DNA from: Armatimonadota bacterium
GTDB taxonomy: Bacteria; Armatimonadota; Fimbriimonadia; Fimbriimonadales; Fimbriimonadaceae
Assembly (NCBI GenBank): GCA_016125185.1
Contig: WGMG01000009.1
Location: 34,314-98,313 of the forward strand
Length of the DNA stretch: 64,000 nucleotides
Direction: 5' to 3'
In this document: piece by piece, positions 8,947-17,994 of the stretch
How positions within the stretch are numbered: the first letter of the stretch is position 1
Layout: every line of letters begins with the position of its first letter
Program-made: the position numbers and the translations under genes
The notes under the pieces: generated by a model
What the model saw: only the letters and a program-made list of their open reading frames with translations
Database searches by the model: none
What the model was told of the DNA's origin: nothing

Positions 8947-8973
8947 TTCCCTAAGGCATGGAATCGTGATGAT
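8947..8973. repeat. Right arm of the perfect 27-bp inverted repeat (TTCCCTAAGGCATGGAATCGTGATGAT)
   Basis: Reverse complement of 7876-7902. It also forms an imperfect (about 20/27) inverted repeat with the direct block at 8885-8911 inside copy B. Confidence 0.85.
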
Positions 8974-8978
8974 TTCAA

Positions 8979-11489
8979 CTAGTCGTCGCTCTCACCGTCC
9001 AGATTCATGCCCGGACGCTCGTTCGGCCGAGCCGGATACGGCCGCGACCCTTTATAGATCGAATACCACTCGATCCGATTAAGCCAATACGGATCGGCGC
9101 GATCCATCGACGACCAATCGAGCGACATCGACTTTTCGTACCAGTACCGATCTTCCTTCGTCATCGCCGCCTTGCGACCCGGGTTCGGCTCGTCGAACGG
9201 AATGTTGTTCGGCGCAATCTCGTAAGGCGTCAGGTCGGGCGTATCCGAAAAGCAGTCCATCGCCGGACGAGCGATCGCGTCGTAGCGCGACAACGGCCCA
9301 AAGCCCAGCATCATGCCCATCGTCTTCATCAGGCTCACCTGGGTCAAGAACTCGCTACTGACGTATTTCCGCTTGGTGTAAGGGCTGATGATCAGCGTGC
9401 TGGTCCGGTGTCCGTCCACGTGGTCGGGACCCGACTGCGAGTCGTCCTCGGTCACGATGATCGCCGTGTCCTTGAAGTACTTCGAGTGGCTGACCAGTGA
9501 CACCAACCGCCCTAGCGCGTAGTCGTTGTCGGCCTGCATCGCCCGTGGCGTCGGGTACGCCGGGTTGGTGCCCTCGGTGTGGTCGCACGGCAACGACATC
9601 ACCATTAGGTTCGGGAGCTTGCCGTTGGCCTCAAACTCCTTGAACTCCTTCTCAAACGTGTCAATTCGGTGCTGATCGCTCTGCACCAGCGGCCAGTAAT
9701 GGTAGCCCGGCGCGAGAATCGGCTTCAGGGACGGGACTTCGGTGGTGGGCAGATACGTGAACTTGTTGGTGCCCGACACGCGGTCCTGCCACGCTTCGAA
9801 CCAGTCCTTCGGCTTGTACGGCTTGTAGATCGGATGCTCGTCGTCGGCCCACTCGCCGTACACCCGAACCTTCAAGCCCTTCTTCATCGCCGCATCCCAA
9901 ATTCGGTCGCCGCTGTTCAGCGAGAGCGCGTCGGTGCCGTCGTCTGGGTAGGTGCGCGAGTAGCCGACGTAGAAGTGCTCCAGGTAGTCGTTGGCATACG
10001 ACTCATCGCACCAGTGGTGGCCGTCGGCGCTATTCGTGCCGCAAGTGTAGGCATTGTCGAACAGCGTAAATGTCCGCGCGATTTTCTGGTGGTTGGGCAT
10101 GACCTTGCTACCCAAACTGCACAGCGACGGGTCGCCGTTGCCTTCCGGCATATCGCCGTAAATGTCGTCGTAGGTGCGGTTCTCCTTGATCACGTAAATC
10201 ACGTGCTTGATCGCCCCGTGGTAGACCTTCAGGTCCGGCTTTTGCCCGCTCGCCGGGTCGTTCCAGCTATTGAACTGCGCGACCTTATCCGTCTCCGTCT
10301 TCAGGTCGTTGGCTAGGTCGATCACCGAAACCGTGCCGACAAAGTCATGCGTGTTGCGCCGATTGCTGTCCTTCAGCGTCTCGCGCACCGAGCCGTCGCC
10401 CTTCGTATTGAGGGCATAAATCTTCTTGCCGTCGACGCTCAGGTGGACGGCGGTGGGATAGTAACCTGCCGGTCGGAACCCCATCACCTTTCCACTGTTG
10501 GCGTCCATCTCGCAAATCGCGTTGTCGCCGCCATCGGCGATGTAGAGCGTGTCGCCCTGCTTCGCCAAGGCGTTGGGCATCGAGCCGATCAGCTTGTATT
10601 TGGTGGTGCGGATCGTCCACGATTTCGACCGCTTTTTGGCCTTCAGGTCGAGCACGTCGACGGTGTCGCTTTGCGCGCAGGCGACAAATGCTCGGTCGCC
10701 GTCGCACAGGATTTCCGTCGGGTGGAAGCCGGTCGCGATGTCGGAGCGTTCCATCGTCGCGAGGTTCGTCATCGTGACACTGCCAGTCAGCACCGAGCCC
10801 TGCTTGTTAATCGCAACACGCGTGTTGCCGCTCGCCATCGTCACGTCGTCACCTTTCGGCTCAAATCCCGCCCAGTTGCTGACGAGGAGCGACTGCTCGT
10901 CGGACGTCAACGTACAGCCAAAGGGAATCTTGCCGCTGGGGATGAACTTGGTCGATTCGTAGCTTCCAAGATCGACTTCGACCACGCCGTCCCAGTCGGC
11001 GCACGCCACATACAGCTTGGTCCCCGCCTTGTTGATGCACAGCCCACCCGGAACCGGGTTCCCCTTCTTGTCTGGAGCCTTCAGAGTGATCTTCTCGCCT
11101 TTCGTCAGCAGGTCGCCGTCGTAATCAAACTCCTGCAGATGTCCGGCATCGGTCGTGAGGATGAGCTTCTTGCCGTCCGGCGTCCAGGCGATGCCATGAA
11201 AGCCGGAATTCGCGCCGATAGCGACCTCGGTATCGGGAAGGACATGCGTCTCGTCGCACAAAAAGACCTTGTTCTTGGCCGCCACCGCGATCACCTTGCC
11301 GCCTGGATGCACGGCCAGGTCGGAGAGCCGCTGTTCGTAGGGAATCGTGCCCGCCTGGATGGTCTGGCCGGACGACACGAGGAAGGTCCCGTCCGCCTGT
11401 GGCCCCATATGAACCACCGATTTGATCGCCTGATACGTGAGCGCCGACGCCGCGAGTCCCGCCAGTGCGATCGCGATTCCCTTTTTCAT
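8979..11489 (-). CDS. Secreted beta-propeller (YncE/YVTN-like) fused to a phosphoesterase-family (PLC/AcpA-like) domain
   Basis: Signal peptide MKKGIAIALAGLAASAL. The N-terminal ~400 aa are repeat-rich propeller-like. The C-terminal half starts with VIYVIKENRTYDDIYGD, the ENRxxD motif of the phosphoesterase family. Confidence 0.75.
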   Translation of the reverse strand: MKKGIAIALAGLAASALTYQAIKSVVHMGPQADGTFLVSSGQTIQAGTIPYEQRLSDLAVHPGGKVIAVAAKNKVFLCDETHVLPDTEVAIGANSGFHGIAWTPDGKKLILTTDAGHLQEFDYDGDLLTKGEKITLKAPDKKGNPVPGGLCINKAGTKLYVACADWDGVVEVDLGSYESTKFIPSGKIPFGCTLTSDEQSLLVSNWAGFEPKGDDVTMASGNTRVAINKQGSVLTGSVTMTNLATMERSDIATGFHPTEILCDGDRAFVACAQSDTVDVLDLKAKKRSKSWTIRTTKYKLIGSMPNALAKQGDTLYIADGGDNAICEMDANSGKVMGFRPAGYYPTAVHLSVDGKKIYALNTKGDGSVRETLKDSNRRNTHDFVGTVSVIDLANDLKTETDKVAQFNSWNDPASGQKPDLKVYHGAIKHVIYVIKENRTYDDIYGDMPEGNGDPSLCSLGSKVMPNHQKIARTFTLFDNAYTCGTNSADGHHWCDESYANDYLEHFYVGYSRTYPDDGTDALSLNSGDRIWDAAMKKGLKVRVYGEWADDEHPIYKPYKPKDWFEAWQDRVSGTNKFTYLPTTEVPSLKPILAPGYHYWPLVQSDQHRIDTFEKEFKEFEANGKLPNLMVMSLPCDHTEGTNPAYPTPRAMQADNDYALGRLVSLVSHSKYFKDTAIIVTEDDSQSGPDHVDGHRTSTLIISPYTKRKYVSSEFLTQVSLMKTMGMMLGFGPLSRYDAIARPAMDCFSDTPDLTPYEIAPNNIPFDEPNPGRKAAMTKEDRYWYEKSMSLDWSSMDRADPYWLNRIEWYSIYKGSRPYPARPNERPGMNLDGESDD

Positions 11490-11506
11490 GAGGAAATGTT
11501 ACGCCC

Positions 11507-12130
11507 TCAGGAAGGCGAAGTTCCATCTTTGGACCGTTCTGTTAACGCATAATCCCGGATTCTTGCCGCCTCACCATCGATGAAAGCTCGGTAGGCATCG
11601 GGGTAGACAAAGAAAAGGTGCCGCTGGTCAGATTTGGCCAACTGCGAGCACAACTGCTCTCTTCCAACTGCCGCATCGGTCCTTAGATTGAAGATCGAAG
11701 GAGTCCAGTCGCCGATGAAATTGACCCCGATCCGGTCTCCTCGCTCTCCCAAGAACCCCTTGAGAACCGCTGATGTTCCGTCATCGAGACTGACCTCCCA
11801 AGCAGTGTCTTCAAATACCATGTGCATTCGCTCGACCTCTGCGTGCTCATTTTCGATCACTTTGCGCAAATCGCTCGCTTCTTCGCCCAACCAATTGGCA
11901 AACCAAGCGACGGCACAAAGGAGTGCTAGGGGAGCGGCCACTTCGTACAGGACCATCTGATAGACGACGGCAAGCGCGATAACCGCGACGGAGACCGAGA
12001 AAAGCCCGAGATGCCGGTACAACCGAACCCGGCGAGCCGACTTCAATCGATTCCGATGGATCTGCCATGCATTCGTGGTCGGGAAAACCCGTACGATCGT
12101 CCCCATAATCGATCGGTCCACACCGTTCAT
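11507..12130 (-). CDS. Hypothetical membrane protein (2 TM) upstream of the propeller-phosphoesterase gene
   Basis: Two hydrophobic helices (LGLFSVSVAVIALAVVYQMVL, APLALLCAVAWFANWL). Lies 17 nt from the downstream gene. Confidence 0.5.
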   Translation of the reverse strand: MNGVDRSIMGTIVRVFPTTNAWQIHRNRLKSARRVRLYRHLGLFSVSVAVIALAVVYQMVLYEVAAPLALLCAVAWFANWLGEEASDLRKVIENEHAEVERMHMVFEDTAWEVSLDDGTSAVLKGFLGERGDRIGVNFIGDWTPSIFNLRTDAAVGREQLCSQLAKSDQRHLFFVYPDAYRAFIDGEAARIRDYALTERSKDGTSPS

Positions 12131-12391
12131 GTCTCAGGAATTACCCGACTGGCCTCAGCGCCGTTTCAAACCAGCGCCATTTTTTGGTTTTCGATTCTGA
12201 TCCTTTTGGGATCGGAGTTCGCCCATCCATCACTTACTAATTCGTTGGCATTAGCCTGCGGTACGAGGTGCAAACAAGGGCCCGACGAGAGATGATGGCG
12301 AAAACATGGACATTACACCGTTCGAGTGGCGTGATGTAACATCGCAATTCTCGGATTACGGTTCACTGTTTGCGGCTAGAAGCTCAACGAC

Positions 12392-13060
12392 CTACTTCGC
12401 TGCCCACAAGAATCCGCGTCGCATCAGCTCTCGCGGGACCTCGGCTTCCAAGATGTCGCAATGGTGCCCGAGGGCGTTATAGAACACCCGCCCCTTGCCA
12501 TACATCTTCGTGTACACCTGCGGCATCTTGCACGGATTCGCCGTGTGCGGCCCATCCGCTCCGGGAGTCGGGAAATCGCACGTCGCCAGCACGTTCACGC
12601 CCGGATCGACGTGCAGGTAGTACTGCTCCGAAGCCACTTCGAAGTCCGGCAGACCCTCGGTGATCTCGTGGGGATTGGCCCGATTGAGATGGATCGTGTA
12701 CTTCACGCCGTCGTTGCCAGGGTGAGAAACCCACTGCGAGCCGGTCATAAACTGCCATTCGGTATTGGCCCGAAACGCATCGCACATGCCGCCGTGGCAA
12801 CCGGCCATGCCGATGCCGTGCTCGGCAACCGCCTTCCGCACCGGCTCGAACTGCTCGTTCGAAATCTCGCTCATTGTGATGACCGGAACCAGAAGATTCT
12901 GAGCGAAAACCAACGACTCATCGGCGAAGGAATCCATCGTGTTCGAGATCGTCACTGCGAACCCTTCGGCACCAAGAATTTCGCCGAAGAAGTGGGCCAC
13001 CTTTTCCGGCTCGTGGCCGTCCCAACCACCCCAAACGATCAGCGCATTCTTAGTTGACAT
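12392..13060 (-). CDS. ThuA domain protein (trehalose-utilisation-like, class I glutamine amidotransferase-like fold)
   Basis: MSTKNALIVWGGWDGHEP...GCHGG...QWVSHPG...RVFYNALGH resemble ThuA family proteins. Confidence 0.75.
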   Translation of the reverse strand: MSTKNALIVWGGWDGHEPEKVAHFFGEILGAEGFAVTISNTMDSFADESLVFAQNLLVPVITMSEISNEQFEPVRKAVAEHGIGMAGCHGGMCDAFRANTEWQFMTGSQWVSHPGNDGVKYTIHLNRANPHEITEGLPDFEVASEQYYLHVDPGVNVLATCDFPTPGADGPHTANPCKMPQVYTKMYGKGRVFYNALGHHCDILEAEVPRELMRRGFLWAAK

Positions 13061-13158
13061 GCTAGGAATTATGATCGGCGTTGCAACTTTTACGAAACGG
13101 TAGCCGGTAACTTAACAGGAAACCCACACAAGATCGATCTTGGGGGAATTTCGTTCCT

Positions 13159-16100
13159 ATGACATCATTATCAGTTCTGGCTATCGCGTCAACCCTGATG
13201 CACGCGCAGACTCAAACCATCGAACCGCGCTTGCTCCGCCAGCCCGATATCCACGGAGACACCATTGTTTTCCTGTATGCGGGCGACCTGTGGGCATCCT
13301 CTACGCAAGATGGATCAGTCGCGCGAAAAATCGCCTCAGACGTTGGCTCGCGCCTCGGAAATCCGGCTAGCAGCCCCTACACTCGACCTCAAATCTCGCC
13401 TGATGGCAAGCTCGTCGCGTTCACCGGAACGTTTGACGGCGCTGCCAACATTTATGTCGTTCCCATCGGAGGCGGCGAGCCAAAGCGCGTCACCTACAGC
13501 AACGGCACCGACCAAGCCCTCGGCTGGACGCCGGACGGCAAGATCGCCTTTGCCACCAGCGAAGGCGTGCCCTATCTCGGCCGCCAGTCCAAGCTGATGC
13601 TCGTCAGCCCTAAGGGCGGCGTCCCCGAGGACACGCCGGTGAAGGAGATCGCCACCGTATCCTTCTTCCCCGACGGCCACACCATCGCCTACAACCGCGT
13701 CAACAGCTTCCTCTTCAACTGGCGACGGTACCGAGGCGGCACGCAGGGTCGAGTTTCGATCTACGACATGAAGACCAACAAGTACGAAGAATTGCCCGCC
13801 AAGCGCGAGCAGGCGTACTACCCGATGGTCGTCGGCGACTCGATCTATTACATCTCCGACCGCGCCAACGGCACGCTGAACCTGTACAAGCACTCGGGCA
13901 ACAAGGAAACCCAGCTCACCAAGTTCGACGACGCCGACATCCGCTGGCCCAACACCGATGGTCAGAACATCGTCTACGAACGCGACGGCTACCTGTACGA
14001 GTACTCGCTGAAGTCGGACAGCGCGAAGAAGATCGACATCCGCATTCCTTCTGAAAACCTGGCCGCCCGCCCGGCGCTCAAGAATCTGGTGCCATACATC
14101 ACTGACTTCTCCCTCTCGCCTTCGGGCGTCCGTCTGACGGTCGCGGCGCGCGGTGAAGTCTTCTCGGTTCCTGTCAAGTCGGGTCCGACGCGAAACATGA
14201 CGAACTCCAGCGGCTCCCGCGAAAAGAACGTCGATTGGTCGCCGGATGGCAAGCTGGTCTCCTACCTCAGCGACAAATCCGGCGAATGGGAGCTCTACAC
14301 GCAGGATCAACTCGGTGGCGACGAAACCAAACTGACCGACGGCTCGGTGAAGATCGACGGCTACACGTGGTCGCCCGATGGAAAGAAGATTGCCCTCTTC
14401 GGCCCGACGACGACGGTCAGCATCCTCGACGTCGATACCAAGAAGATTTCGACCGTAGACGACCTGCCGTACGGCGGAGGCGGATTCAGCTTCTCGAACG
14501 ACGGCAAGTGGCTCGCCTACGCCAAGGGCCGCGATGGCGGCTACAAGGCCATCTACATCTACGAAATCGCCACCGGCAAGAAGACCAAGGTCACCGAAGG
14601 CTTCTTCGATGACAGCGACGTCTGCTTCGACAAGGACAGCAAGTGGCTGTTCTTCTCCTCCAGCCGCGAGTTCGCTCCGACGTTTGGGCGACTGGAATTC
14701 AGCCTCAAGGTCGATGAGACCGAGCGGCTGTACGCCGCTTCGCTCAGCGCCGACACCCCGAACCCGTTCCTGGTGAAGGACGACGAAGAGCCGACCAAGA
14801 AGGGTGAGAAGAAGGATGACGACAAGCCGAAGGATTCGCCGGTCGATCTCGAGGGCATCGAGAAGCGCGTCATGGTCCTGCCGATGGACGTCGGCGCTTA
14901 TGGGAACCTAACCTCGGCCGACAACGGATTCTTCTACGTCACCGACGGCACCCTGTACCAGTACACGATGGGCGCAAAACAGCCGGTGGCTATCTACGAG
15001 CACATCGGACCGTTCACCATGAACGCCTCGCACACCAAGCTGGCGGCCATGGTTCCGGGACGCGGAATCCAGGTCCTGACCATTCAGCCGGGCCTCAACG
15101 CCCAGCAAGGCCACGTCGACCTCGGCAACGTCGAAGCCGTCATCGATCCCCGCGCGGAGTGGCATGATATTCTCGTCGATGCCTGGCGCTACGAGCGAGA
15201 CAACTTCTACGACCCGAAGATGGCCGGTAACGACTGGGACGCAGTTCTCAAGCGATACGAGGGCTACCTGAAATGGGTAAACCACCGAACCGACCTTAGC
15301 TATATCCTCGGCATGATGATTGGCGAACTCGGCACGGGCCACGCCTACGTCCAAGGACGCGGCGACATTGGTACGGCCGGTCTCATCCGCACTCAGGTCG
15401 GCACCCTCTGCGCCGACTACGAAATCAAGGGCGACCACGTAGCGTTCAAGAACATTCTTCGAGGGTCCAATGACTTCGAGGAGTATCAAACGCCGCTCGG
15501 CATGCCTGGCGTCGATGTTCAGAACGGCGACTACCTGCTCGCGATCGACGGTAAGACCGTCACCGCCGACACGAATCCGAACGAATTCCTCGTCGGCAAG
15601 GTTGGCAAGGTCGTGACGCTCACCGTCAACTCGGTTCCATCGATGTCCGGCGCTCGCGACGTCTACGTCAAGCCGGCTGGCTCCGACATGATGGCTCGCT
15701 ACTATGAGTTCATCGAGAACAATCGCAAGTTGGTCTCTAAGCTCTCTGGCGGGCGAATCGGCTACATGCACATCCAAAACACGGCGGCGCAGGGAGCTAG
15801 CGACTTCGTTCGCGGTTTCTACTCGCAGACCGACAAGGATGCGATGATCGTGGACGAGCGATGGAACGGCGGTGGCTATATCCAGCCATGGTTCGTGGAC
15901 ACCCTGTCTCGCCACAAGAAGGCGATGATCGAGCCGCGATACGGCGCGCACCAACCGGAAGAGCCGGTAATCGAAGGCCCCATGTGCCTCATGATCAACC
16001 AGTACGCCGGATCGGGTGGCGACTTCTTCCCCTACATGTTCCGACAGGCCAAGCGCGGTCCGCTCATCGGAAAGCGAACCTGGGGCGGCCTCGTTGGCAT

Positions 16101-16371
16101 CAACGGTGGATACACGCTGGTCGATGGCGGCAACCTCACGGCGCCGACTTTCGCGATCTATAACCCGGACACCGGCGACATCATTGCCGAGAACCAGGGC
16201 ATCGATCCCGACATCGACGTGGATATGCGCCCCGACCTCGTGGCCGACGGACAAGATCCCCAGCTCGAAGCGGCGGTCAAGTACCTGATGGATCAGCTCG
16301 CCAAGATGCCTCCGAAGAAGAAAGACGTCGACATTCCAAAGGTCGGCAAGAACGGCAAAATCAACCCGTAA
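13159..16371 (+). CDS. Tricorn-protease-like S41 family peptidase (beta-propellers + PDZ + S41 domain)
   Basis: 1070 aa. LLRQPDIHGDTIVFLYAGDLW is the typical tricorn-homologue N-terminus. TolB-like WSPDGK repeats are present. The C-terminal S41 region reads ERWNGGGYIQPWF...INQYAGSGGDFF. Confidence 0.85.
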   Translation: MTSLSVLAIASTLMHAQTQTIEPRLLRQPDIHGDTIVFLYAGDLWASSTQDGSVARKIASDVGSRLGNPASSPYTRPQISPDGKLVAFTGTFDGAANIYVVPIGGGEPKRVTYSNGTDQALGWTPDGKIAFATSEGVPYLGRQSKLMLVSPKGGVPEDTPVKEIATVSFFPDGHTIAYNRVNSFLFNWRRYRGGTQGRVSIYDMKTNKYEELPAKREQAYYPMVVGDSIYYISDRANGTLNLYKHSGNKETQLTKFDDADIRWPNTDGQNIVYERDGYLYEYSLKSDSAKKIDIRIPSENLAARPALKNLVPYITDFSLSPSGVRLTVAARGEVFSVPVKSGPTRNMTNSSGSREKNVDWSPDGKLVSYLSDKSGEWELYTQDQLGGDETKLTDGSVKIDGYTWSPDGKKIALFGPTTTVSILDVDTKKISTVDDLPYGGGGFSFSNDGKWLAYAKGRDGGYKAIYIYEIATGKKTKVTEGFFDDSDVCFDKDSKWLFFSSSREFAPTFGRLEFSLKVDETERLYAASLSADTPNPFLVKDDEEPTKKGEKKDDDKPKDSPVDLEGIEKRVMVLPMDVGAYGNLTSADNGFFYVTDGTLYQYTMGAKQPVAIYEHIGPFTMNASHTKLAAMVPGRGIQVLTIQPGLNAQQGHVDLGNVEAVIDPRAEWHDILVDAWRYERDNFYDPKMAGNDWDAVLKRYEGYLKWVNHRTDLSYILGMMIGELGTGHAYVQGRGDIGTAGLIRTQVGTLCADYEIKGDHVAFKNILRGSNDFEEYQTPLGMPGVDVQNGDYLLAIDGKTVTADTNPNEFLVGKVGKVVTLTVNSVPSMSGARDVYVKPAGSDMMARYYEFIENNRKLVSKLSGGRIGYMHIQNTAAQGASDFVRGFYSQTDKDAMIVDERWNGGGYIQPWFVDTLSRHKKAMIEPRYGAHQPEEPVIEGPMCLMINQYAGSGGDFFPYMFRQAKRGPLIGKRTWGGLVGINGGYTLVDGGNLTAPTFAIYNPDTGDIIAENQGIDPDIDVDMRPDLVADGQDPQLEAAVKYLMDQLAKMPPKKKDVDIPKVGKNGKINP

Positions 16372-16401
16372 GGGTTGCTCATTCGAACCCAGACGGAATC
16401 G

Positions 16402-17241
16402 CTACTGGGCGATCTCTCTGGGTTCGAGCCATTTACGGCCCACGGCCATGATGTGGGCTGACATTCCCAACAGCGACGGCTGTTGTTCGATCTCACGCAG
16501 ATGCCCCATCAACTTCTCGTTGAGTGGTGATTCCGCCAACTCGGCGTAGTTGGGCATCAGCCAGGCAGGGCCTTCGATGCCATGAAGCGAAATATCCAAG
16601 AATCCTGCGTGCTGAAGCTCTCCTTTCAGCTCGTTTGGCTCGTGAAACTTGGTCGTCGTAAAGTAGTCGGGGTGCCCCGTCGGGTTCCGATGCTGGCCAT
16701 CGACTAAGTCCAGGTCGACAATGGTCTGAAAATTCGGATCGTCAATGAGGCCCCGGAAATACCCATCGAACAGCGAGGCGAAGCGGGAAATGCCCACGGC
16801 GAAGATTCGTCCACCCGGCTTTAGAACTCGGCTCGCCTCTTCCAGCGCCTGAATGCGGTCTCGCCGCTCCGTCAGGTGGTACAGTGGGCCAAACAGAAGA
16901 ACCATGTCGAACGACTCATCGCCAAATCGGGTTCCACGGGCGTCGCCCACCGAAATCGAAGCCAGGGTGTAGCTCTGCACCAGCTTCTTGGCCACCTCGA
17001 TGTGCGATTCCATCGCATCAACTAGGTGAACTTCATAGCCTAGGTTGGCCAACCAAAACGAATAGTGTCCGGTTCCGCCACCGAGGTCGAGCACTTTGGC
17101 TGGCGGCTGAAACAGATGCCGAAGAAGAATGTCTTTGGATCGCTCGAATTCCAACTTGCCGTGGGGCGTCAGGAGCCGTCCGTGCTCCTTGCCCTCGAGA
17201 TAATGCTCGATCGCTTCTTGGGTGAGGCTGTCCATTCTCAA
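16402..17241 (-). CDS. Class I SAM-dependent methyltransferase
   Basis: Motif I VLDLGGGTGHYSFWLANLGYEVHLVD and post-I/II motifs (DMVLLFGPLYHL, LKPGGRIFAV). Confidence 0.8.
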   Translation of the reverse strand: MRMDSLTQEAIEHYLEGKEHGRLLTPHGKLEFERSKDILLRHLFQPPAKVLDLGGGTGHYSFWLANLGYEVHLVDAMESHIEVAKKLVQSYTLASISVGDARGTRFGDESFDMVLLFGPLYHLTERRDRIQALEEASRVLKPGGRIFAVGISRFASLFDGYFRGLIDDPNFQTIVDLDLVDGQHRNPTGHPDYFTTTKFHEPNELKGELQHAGFLDISLHGIEGPAWLMPNYAELAESPLNEKLMGHLREIEQQPSLLGMSAHIMAVGRKWLEPREIAQ

Positions 17242-17294
17242 TTATAGCTTTGGCTATATGAGCAGGATTTGAAGGTGGTCCTAGACAACTTCTT

Positions 17295-17870
17295 CTAAGA
17301 TCCAGGTCCGAGAACGTTCTCAATACGTTGAAGATTGGGATTTATGTCAACGCCAAACTCTTGGGCCACCTTTGCCGGATCGCTTTTTGGGATCGAGATC
17401 GTCGCCTCAGGCAAGTCGCCGCGGAGCATCATCGCACCAGCCGAAAAGCAGATGTCCACCTCCACCCGCTTCTGTCCTTTCGTCGCAAAGACGAAATGCC
17501 GCGGGTCTGAGCACGAGTTGGCGCCTTGGCGAGAAGCCTTCAATGACTGTAGAAAGGCCACAACCCGTGATCGATTGACCGATGGCACTTCTAGTCGGCT
17601 TTCGGCCCGCATCGCCCCATACACCGCCCGCTGCCGATCAGACATGGTCGGAGAAAGCGACTGCTGACCGTCAATATTCGAAGCGCCCTGCCACGGATCA
17701 GTGGTCGCATAGAGCTCGACCCTATCCGCCCGTGCAATGAAGTCGAGGTATCGGTCGAAGCGTCCGTCTGGAGTCCAGAGGTAATACTGGCGGTAGGCAA
17801 CGAAAGCCACGATGCCAATGATTCCGGCGGTAAAGGCCCACCGAATGTGATAGCCCCTCACTATCGCCAT
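17295..17870 (-). CDS. Hypothetical membrane-anchored protein
   Basis: Single N-terminal TM helix (WAFTAGIIGIVAFVAY). No family recognised. Confidence 0.45.
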   Translation of the reverse strand: MAIVRGYHIRWAFTAGIIGIVAFVAYRQYYLWTPDGRFDRYLDFIARADRVELYATTDPWQGASNIDGQQSLSPTMSDRQRAVYGAMRAESRLEVPSVNRSRVVAFLQSLKASRQGANSCSDPRHFVFATKGQKRVEVDICFSAGAMMLRGDLPEATISIPKSDPAKVAQEFGVDINPNLQRIENVLGPGS

Positions 17871-17994
17871 GGTCTACTTGCTTCGACTATGGGCTTCTCG
17901 CTAGGTTCCACCAAAGCGAAGTTTTCCGACTTGGACAAAAGTCTCACGCATTGGGTGAGAACGACCTCACGACCTGCCGATTATACTTATCACC

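Noticed and set aside
13336-16254. Long minus-strand ORFs (324 aa and 448 aa) inside the tricorn-protease gene. Similar cases: 23648-24772, 27621-28493, 36749-37468, 51099-51929, 57420-58739, 59873-60898
   Set aside because: All lie antisense to genes with strong family motifs and have Arg/Gly/Asp/His-rich low-information sequences. These are shadow ORFs expected in GC-rich DNA.
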